32,000 nucleotides of DNA from Coprobacillaceae bacterium (GTDB lineage Bacteria > Bacillota_I > Bacilli_A > Erysipelotrichales > Coprobacillaceae): NCBI GenBank assembly GCA_963675915.1, contig OY780959.1, positions 2,550,001 through 2,582,000 of the forward strand, written 5' to 3'. This document shows positions 26,451-32,000 of the stretch, in pieces. The position numbers were made by a program, and so were the translations under genes. Under the pieces are notes generated by a model. That model saw only the letters and a program-made list of their open reading frames with translations. It was not told the DNA's origin and searched no databases. Position 1 is the stretch's first letter, and the number at the start of each line of letters is the position of its first letter.

Positions 26451-26717
26451 ATGAATGAAGATAAAAAGAAAGCATTGCAACTTTTAAAAACGGCCCGGGG
26501 TCAGATTGAGGCAACAATAAATATGCTTGAAGATAACCGTTATTGTGTTGATGTTTCCAATCAGATATTGGCAACCCAGTCACTCTTGAAAAAAGCCGAC
26601 CTGCTGATAATCCGTCAGCATATGAATCATTGTGTCAAACAAGCCTTTGAAAATGACGAGGGTGAAGAAAAAATAGACGAAGTAATTGAACTGCTTAGTA
26701 AAGTGGTTGGAAAATAA
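26451..26717 (+). CDS. csoR: Copper-sensing transcriptional repressor, CsoR family
   Basis: ATG 26451 sits 5 nt after GAGGTGA; the ORF opens at GTG 26442. CsoR blocks: LKTARGQIEA...ML...RYCVDV..Q and the Cys-His-Cys ligand set (RYC...HMNHC). Confidence 0.88.
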   Translation: MNEDKKKALQLLKTARGQIEATINMLEDNRYCVDVSNQILATQSLLKKADLLIIRQHMNHCVKQAFENDEGEEKIDEVIELLSKVVGK

Positions 26718-26736
26718 ATGAAAAGGAGGTTGTTCC

Positions 26737-29181
26737 ATGGCTAAAAAGAATATTAAAATCGAAGGGATGACCTGTACGGCTTGTGCCCGTGCGGTCGAAA
26801 AAGCTACCGGCAAGATTGAAGGCGTTTCCCAGTCAAATGTGAATTTTGCGACTGAGAAGTTGAGCATTGAATATGATGATAATGTTTCATTGGACCAGAT
26901 TCAGGATGCAGTGTCCAAGGCCGGTTATAAGGCGGTGCTTGATACAGTTACCAAGACAATGAGAATCGAAGGGATGACCTGTGCTGCTTGTTCCAAAGCG
27001 GTTGAGCGGGTTACCCGTAAGCTTGAAGGGGTCGTTGAATCCAATGTCAACCTGGCGACTGAAAAAATGGTAATTACTTATGATCCTGCTCAAGTTAGAG
27101 TGTCTCAGATCAAAAACGCTATAGAAAAAGCTGGCTATAGAGCAATTGAAGAAGAGGCTGCCCCGGATGAAGACAAATCCCGCAAGGAAAAAGAAATTAA
27201 GTCGCTCTGGCGCAAATTTGTCGTTTCGGCGATATTTACCGTACCTTTATTGTTTGTCTCGATGGGACACATGATGGGACTGCCACTTCCGGCAATAATT
27301 GAACCGATGCACAATCCGGTCAACTTTGCCCTGGTTCAGCTGTTGTTGACAGCTCCGGTGGTAATTGCCGGAAGACGTTTTTACAGTGTCGGCTTGAGAA
27401 CGCTGTTTAAAAGAAGCCCGAATATGGATTCCCTGATTGCAATTGGGACCGGAGCGGCTGTTATCTACGGCCTTTTTGCCACTTATCAGATCATCAACGG
27501 TCGCAGTGAATATGCAATGGACCTTTATTATGAATCGGCGGCAACCATCATTACCTTGATTACCCTGGGTAAATACCTTGAATCGGTATCCAAAGGGAAA
27601 ACATCGGAAGCTATCAAGAAATTGATGGGATTGCAACCGAAAACTGCAATCATAATAAAAGATGAACAAGAAATTGAAATATCGATTGATGAAGTTGAAG
27701 TCGGGGATCTGATTCTGGTCAAACCAGGTGAAAAATTTCCAGTCGATGGTCAGGTGATTGAAGGCAATACCTCGGTTGATGAATCCATGCTTACCGGAGA
27801 AAGTATTCCGGTCGAAAAGAACCCCGGTGACAATGTCATCGGGGCAAGTATCAATAAAAACGGAATGATCAGATATGAGGCCACAAGAGTCGGAAAAGAT
27901 ACCGCTTTGGCTCAAATAGTCAAACTTGTCGAAGATGCCCAGGGATCAAAGGCGCCAATCGCCAAAATGGCGGACGTTATTTCCGGATACTTTGTTCCGA
28001 TTGTAATCACTCTGGCAGTCGGTGCCGGACTGGCTTGGTATTTTATCGGCGGCGAATCACCGACCTTTGCGTTGACCATATTTATCGCTGTTCTGGTTAT
28101 CGCCTGTCCTTGTGCATTGGGGTTGGCAACACCGACTGCAATCATGGTGGGAACTGGAAAAGGAGCGGAAAACGGCATTTTAATCAAAAGCGGAACCGCT
28201 TTGGAAACAGCTCACCAGATTCAAACGATCATCTTCGATAAAACCGGAACAATTACAGAAGGTAAACCCCAGTTGACCGATGTAATCGCAGCACCAGGCT
28301 TTGATCCTGATGAACTTTTACAGTTTGTTGCATCCAGTGAAAAAGGATCTGAACATCCTCTTGGTGAGGCCATTGTTCAAGGAGCAGTACAAAAAGGTCT
28401 TGAGTTAATTAAAATTGAGACATTCAAAGCAATAACCGGCCAAGGGATCGAAGTCGAGCTTGACAGGAAAAACCTTCTGGCTGGAAACTACAAACTTATG
28501 AAAGAACGAAATATCAATCTGGGCGAACTCAAAGATGAATCTGACAAATTGGCCAGTGAAGGTAAAACCCCGATGTTTGTGGCCGTAGACAATCAGGCGG
28601 CAGGAATAGTTGCGGTGGCTGATGTGGTCAAAGGAAGTTCCAAAAAGGCAATTGAGATTCTTCATCAAATGGGAATTGAAGTGGCGATGATTACCGGTGA
28701 CAACAAACGAACCGCTCAGGCAATTGCAGCTCAAGTGGGGATTGATGTGGTTCTGGCGGAAGTATTGCCTCAAGACAAGGCCAATGAAGTGAAGAAACTT
28801 CAGGCTGATGGAACCAAGGTGGCGATGGTCGGTGATGGTATCAATGATGCACCGGCTTTAGCTCAGGCTGATATTGGAATTGCAATTGGATCGGGAACTG
28901 ATGTCGCAATGGAATCAGCGGATATAGTATTAATGAGAAGTGACTTGATGGATGTTCCAACTGCAATTGATTTGTCCAAGAGCACTATTAGAAATATCAA
29001 ACAGAATCTATTCTGGGCATTTGGATACAATACCTTGGGTATTCCTGTTGCGATGGGAATACTGCACTTGTTTGGCGGTCCGCTGTTAAATCCGATGATT
29101 GCCGGAGCGGCAATGAGTCTTAGTTCGGTTTCCGTGGTAACCAATGCTCTGAGACTGAGAAGTTTCAAACCAAAAAAATAA
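26737..29181 (+). CDS. copA: Copper-translocating P1B-type ATPase with two N-terminal HMA domains
   Basis: 814-aa ORF with SD AGGAGG. Two GMTCxxC motifs. Other motifs: [27 protein letters not shown] and [10 protein letters not shown]. Confidence 0.95.
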   Translation: MAKKNIKIEGMTCTACARAVEKATGKIEGVSQSNVNFATEKLSIEYDDNVSLDQIQDAVSKAGYKAVLDTVTKTMRIEGMTCAACSKAVERVTRKLEGVVESNVNLATEKMVITYDPAQVRVSQIKNAIEKAGYRAIEEEAAPDEDKSRKEKEIKSLWRKFVVSAIFTVPLLFVSMGHMMGLPLPAIIEPMHNPVNFALVQLLLTAPVVIAGRRFYSVGLRTLFKRSPNMDSLIAIGTGAAVIYGLFATYQIINGRSEYAMDLYYESAATIITLITLGKYLESVSKGKTSEAIKKLMGLQPKTAIIIKDEQEIEISIDEVEVGDLILVKPGEKFPVDGQVIEGNTSVDESMLTGESIPVEKNPGDNVIGASINKNGMIRYEATRVGKDTALAQIVKLVEDAQGSKAPIAKMADVISGYFVPIVITLAVGAGLAWYFIGGESPTFALTIFIAVLVIACPCALGLATPTAIMVGTGKGAENGILIKSGTALETAHQIQTIIFDKTGTITEGKPQLTDVIAAPGFDPDELLQFVASSEKGSEHPLGEAIVQGAVQKGLELIKIETFKAITGQGIEVELDRKNLLAGNYKLMKERNINLGELKDESDKLASEGKTPMFVAVDNQAAGIVAVADVVKGSSKKAIEILHQMGIEVAMITGDNKRTAQAIAAQVGIDVVLAEVLPQDKANEVKKLQADGTKVAMVGDGINDAPALAQADIGIAIGSGTDVAMESADIVLMRSDLMDVPTAIDLSKSTIRNIKQNLFWAFGYNTLGIPVAMGILHLFGGPLLNPMIAGAAMSLSSVSVVTNALRLRSFKPKK

Positions 29182-29198
29182 TAAAGGAGAAAATCAAG

Positions 29199-29414
29199 AT
29201 GAATAAAATATTATCAATTGAAGGAATGAGTTGTCAACATTGCGTCATGCATGTGACAAATGCACTAAACGAGGTCGCTGGAGTCAGTGAAGTCGAAGTT
29301 AAATTGGATGATAACTCGGCAGTTATCACTGCTGCGGGTTCGGTTAGCGATGAAAGCATCAAAGAAGCTGTTGCTGAAACTGGATATGAAGTTACCAATA
29401 TTGAAGAAATTTAA
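29199..29414 (+). CDS. copZ: Copper chaperone CopZ (single HMA domain)
   Basis: 71-aa ORF with SD AAGGAGAA and motif GMSCQHCV. It lies immediately downstream of copA. Confidence 0.9.
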   Translation: MNKILSIEGMSCQHCVMHVTNALNEVAGVSEVEVKLDDNSAVITAAGSVSDESIKEAVAETGYEVTNIEEI

Positions 29415-29420
29415 TTAGGA

Positions 29421-29455
29421 AAATGCCCCTATCAGATCAGCTGATAGGGGCATTT
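29421..29455. terminator. Bidirectional terminator shared by copZ (+) and the peroxiredoxin gene (-)
   Basis: 15-bp perfect arms AAATGCCCCTATCAG / CTGATAGGGGCATTT. The sequence is T-rich on the plus side and A-rich upstream, which gives a T run on the minus strand. Confidence 0.85.
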
Positions 29456-29461
29456 GTTGTA

Positions 29462-30151
29462 TTAGTTTTCTTTTTTAAAACACATAAACCAGTCAAGGCA
29501 ATACTTACCTTCGTCGGTACTTTCCATGCGGTCTTTCGCGACTCCACAAGATCCTGGCGGTGGAATAATCACATCATCACCTGGTTGCCAGTTTGCAGGT
29601 GTGGCAATTGATTCGGCATCAGCTTTTTGCAAGGCGACAACAATTCTTTTGATTTCTTCGAAATTGCGTCCGGTAGAAGCAGGATAGTATAAAATAGTTC
29701 TTACCACCGCTTCAGGATCAATGATAAAAACAGCCCGAACGGCCTGAGTGTCCGATCCTGCCTGAATCATCCCGAATTTTTTTGCTACTTCCATCTTGAT
29801 GTCTTCAATCAATGGGAATTTGACTTCGACGTTTTTCATTCCCTTGTATTCGATTTTTTCCTGGATGGTTCTAAGCCAAGCTATATGGGCATATAATGAA
29901 TCGACAGAAAGTCCGATCAACTCAGTGTTCAGTGCTTTGAATTCATCAGCCATGCTTGCGAAGGTCATAAATTCGGTTGTACATACCGGGGTGAAATCAG
30001 CGGGGTGACTGAACAGGATAACCCATTTTCCGACATAATCTTCGGGAAATGAAATAACCCCTTGGGTAGTAACAGCTTTAAAAGAAGGGGCTTTGTCGCC
30101 GATTAATGGTAATGATACGGATTTATTTTCCGGTAATTCTTGATTTTCCAT
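29462..30151 (-). CDS. Peroxiredoxin, Prx6-like (1-Cys type) with a Cys-containing C-terminal extension
   Basis: 229-aa ORF with SD GGAGA. Peroxidatic Cys motif HPADFTPVCTTE. C-terminal segment PPPGSCGVAKDR...YCLDWFMC. Confidence 0.88.
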   Translation of the reverse strand: MENQELPENKSVSLPLIGDKAPSFKAVTTQGVISFPEDYVGKWVILFSHPADFTPVCTTEFMTFASMADEFKALNTELIGLSVDSLYAHIAWLRTIQEKIEYKGMKNVEVKFPLIEDIKMEVAKKFGMIQAGSDTQAVRAVFIIDPEAVVRTILYYPASTGRNFEEIKRIVVALQKADAESIATPANWQPGDDVIIPPPGSCGVAKDRMESTDEGKYCLDWFMCFKKEN

Positions 30152-30187
30152 TTTGATATCTCCTTTTCACGTTTTTAACTTATGTCC

Positions 30188-30216
30188 ATTATATAATTTT
30201 GGAAGTGTGGAGTAAA
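30188..30216 (-). promoter_or_regulatory. Probable sigma-A promoter of the peroxiredoxin gene
   Basis: Minus strand: TTTACT, 17-nt spacer, TATAAT, about 35 nt upstream of the ATG. Confidence 0.5.
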
Positions 30217-30261
30217 GTTTAATGCATAATTTTTTTAGTAGCTATCCGGATCCGATTTAAA

Positions 30262-30306
30262 ATGAAAAAGTTCCATCACTTGTCAGAATGACAAAGTTGA
30301 AGGAAC
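30262..30306 (-). terminator. Rho-independent terminator of the Fe-S AKR gene (minus strand)
   Basis: Minus strand: GTTCC...CTTTGTCA-ttc-TGACAAG...GGAAC hairpin followed by TTTTTCATTTT. Confidence 0.7.
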
Positions 30307-30329
30307 TAGATGATATCTGAGATAAAATA

Positions 30330-31340
30330 TTATTTCAGGAAAGTTTGATAGTCCTGATAGTTCTTTTCAAGTAATTCAGGCGTATTGAGATGGTATGGAC
30401 ATTGAGCCATACATTGACCGCAGTGAGTGCAGTCTTCGATTTTTTTCATCTCGGCCTGCCACTGTTCTGACAGCCAGCGCTTAGAAGGGGAACGTCTTAA
30501 TAATAGTGACATTCTGGCACAGTTATTGATGAGAATCCCCTGGGGACAAGGCATGCAATAACCACAACCGCGACAGAAGTCACCAGCCAGTTCCTGATGC
30601 TCGTTTTCGATATAAGCCTTCAATTCAGGTGTCATTGTCGGTGGAGTTTCTTGATAAGAAATGAACTCATCAAGTTCACTGATTTTCTGGATTCCCCAGA
30701 TTGGCAATACATTGTCGAACTGATTCAAATAGGCATAAGCGGCATCACTGCGGGTGATTAATCCCCCTGACATGGCTTTCATACAAATGAATCCGACATT
30801 GTGTTTGGCAGCTAATTCAACCAGTTCTTGCTCGACTTCAGTAGCCAGGTAGCTAAACGGGAATTGAATAGTATCATAAAGACCTGATTCAACTGCTTCT
30901 TTGGCCAAGTTGATTCCATGATTGGTAAATCCGATAAATTTGATCTTACCTTGTTGTTTTGCTTCAAGCATTGCCTCATATAGACCGGTCCCGTCATTAG
31001 GTTTGGGACAAAACGGCGGGTTATGAAATTGGAATACGTCAATATAGTCAGTTTTTAGGTTTTTAAGGCTGGTATTTAAATCCTCCCAGAAACCTTCGAC
31101 AGTTTTTGACATGGTTTTAGATGTGATGTAGATATTTTCACGGACATCGCTCAGGGCAGCCCCGATTTTTTCTTCGCTGTCGCTGTAGGCGCGAGCTGAA
31201 TCGAAGAACTGAATTCCGTTTTCATATGCTTTTTTTAAGATGACGATTGCATCTTCTTGAGATACTCTTTGAATTGGCAAGGCCCCAAAACCGTTTTTGT
31301 TGACAACGATATTGGTTCTGCCTAATGTGATTTTATCCAT
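30330..31340 (-). CDS. Aldo/keto reductase fused to a C-terminal 2x[4Fe-4S]-type Cys-motif domain
   Basis: 336-aa ORF with SD AGGAGGG. AKR blocks: FFDSARAYSDSE, TSKT and VFQFHNP. Cys motifs: CRGCGYCMPCP and CTHCGQCMAQCP. Confidence 0.85.
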   Translation of the reverse strand: MDKITLGRTNIVVNKNGFGALPIQRVSQEDAIVILKKAYENGIQFFDSARAYSDSEEKIGAALSDVRENIYITSKTMSKTVEGFWEDLNTSLKNLKTDYIDVFQFHNPPFCPKPNDGTGLYEAMLEAKQQGKIKFIGFTNHGINLAKEAVESGLYDTIQFPFSYLATEVEQELVELAAKHNVGFICMKAMSGGLITRSDAAYAYLNQFDNVLPIWGIQKISELDEFISYQETPPTMTPELKAYIENEHQELAGDFCRGCGYCMPCPQGILINNCARMSLLLRRSPSKRWLSEQWQAEMKKIEDCTHCGQCMAQCPYHLNTPELLEKNYQDYQTFLK

Positions 31341-31567
31341 AATTTTCCCTCCTAAAAATTATGATTATTATATCATGTTCATTGAATAATATTAATTAAT
31401 TTATCGATTTGAAAATACCAAAATTCTAAATTGACCCATTTTTTTTATTGAAATGCCAAATTTGAGGTGAAAATCAGGGGAGATAGGCTCGAAAACAAGG
31501 TATTTATGTTTATAATGTACCAGTACCCTGATATTTGTTAACATTTTAAAGAATTTGTAGAAATAAC

Positions 31568-31596
31568 TTGATATTTCATAATGTTTGTGGTAATAT
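31568..31596 (+). promoter_or_regulatory. Sigma-A-type promoter of the DUF2294 gene
   Basis: TTGATA, 17-nt spacer, extended -10 element TGgTAATAT. Confidence 0.6.
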
Positions 31597-31668
31597 TTTA
31601 TGGTGTAAGCACTAAAAAGATTAGAATTATTGAAATATTTGATACCGAGGTTTATGAGAGGTAAATTC

Positions 31669-32000
31669 ATGACAAAAGGACAAGTTGAATCGAAAATAAG
31701 CGAAGCAATTAGTAAGTTTGAAATTGAACAGATGGGCCGAGGACCTGAAAAAATCAGGACGATTATTTTTCAGGATCTGATCATCATAAGACTGAAAGGT
31801 TTTTTGAGCAAATCGGAACGGAGTTTGGCGAAAAGTAAAGATGGAGTTGAGCTTCTCAAGAAGGTTAGAACCGCTTTATTTGAAAATGCCCGGGAAGAGT
31901 TAGAAGCTGCAATAAAATCAGTTATTGATGTTAACGTTATCAGCACGTATTCCGACGTCAGTACAAAAACTGGAGAGAAGATAATCGGCATTGTGGTAGA
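31669..32000 (+). CDS. DUF2294-domain protein, 3'-truncated by the window end
   Basis: This ORF is not in the supplied track because it has no in-window stop. ATG 31669 sits 6 nt after GAGAGGT. Translation: MTKGQVESKISEAISKFEIEQMGRGPEKIRTIIFQDLIIIRLKGFLSKSERSLAKSKDGVELLKKVRTALFENAREELEAAIKSVIDVNVISTYSDVSTKTGEKIIGIVV. This matches the DUF2294 pattern as I recall it. Confidence 0.75.
   Translation, partial: MTKGQVESKISEAISKFEIEQMGRGPEKIRTIIFQDLIIIRLKGFLSKSERSLAKSKDGVELLKKVRTALFENAREELEAAIKSVIDVNVISTYSDVSTKTGEKIIGIVV

Noticed and set aside
31401-31670. 89-aa minus-strand ORF in the AKR/DUF2294 intergenic region.
   Set aside because: It is very AT-rich with a low-complexity Asn/Lys/Tyr/Phe composition and no SD. 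It overlaps a strong plus-strand promoter and the SD and start of the DUF2294 gene.
1-32000. CRISPR arrays, IS elements or transposases, prophage genes, toxin-antitoxin pairs and known defence-system genes.
   Set aside because: No spaced direct-repeat arrays, no terminal inverted repeats flanking a transposase-like ORF, and no nuclease, ATPase or methylase-type ORFs are present. Every sizeable ORF is accounted for by metabolic, transport, regulatory or stress functions.

Overview
This is a low-GC, Bacillota-like chromosomal segment, probably from an anaerobe; that guess rests on Fe-S-fused aldo/keto reductases, a 1-Cys-type peroxiredoxin and a 4-hydroxybutyrate-dehydrogenase-like Fe-ADH. I support about 30 protein genes, one tRNA-Arg(CCG), and a set of sigma-A-type promoters and rho-independent terminators.

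Layout:
- 3-10516: a tightly packed nine-gene plus-strand operon. It holds an M28/PA peptidase-like protein, an M20 ArgE/DapE-like protein, an AllE ureidoglycine aminohydrolase, a D-2-hydroxyacid dehydrogenase, an AllC-type amidohydrolase, a class-III aminotransferase, an AEC carrier, an Fe-ADH and a second D-2-hydroxyacid dehydrogenase.
- 10517-11183: a 667-nt gap with no supported gene.
- 11184-13061: a BCCT transporter with long charged tails.
- 13314-16124: a membrane-anchored DUF362 protein, an overlapping ArsP-type permease and a serine esterase.
- 16446-16522: tRNA-Arg(CCG).
- 16719-20138: an aldo/keto reductase (AKR), a RibD_C/DHFR-family protein, and a PiT phosphate transporter with its DUF47 partner.
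- 20352-24475: a TetR gene divergent from an operon of Fe-S-fused AKR, AKR and two membrane-anchored cyclophilin-like-fold proteins.
- 24599-26250: a DUF454/YbaN protein, then an acyltransferase-3 gene broken by a frameshift in a T9 tract.
- 26384-29455: a textbook csoR-copA-copZ copper operon with promoter and operator.
- 29462-32000: a convergent peroxiredoxin, a second Fe-S-fused AKR, and a 3'-truncated DUF2294 gene.

I see no CRISPR array, transposase, integrase, rRNA or recognisable defence or toxin genes. I cannot point to a clear-cut new system. The candidates most worth follow-up are:
- the hybrid ureide/omega-amino-acid operon, whose two peptidase-fold members both carry non-canonical catalytic motifs;
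- the TetR / AKR / tandem cyclophilin-like module;
- the DUF362-permease pair;
- the homopolymer-interrupted acyltransferase.

All functional calls come from motif recognition by eye. No database search was run.
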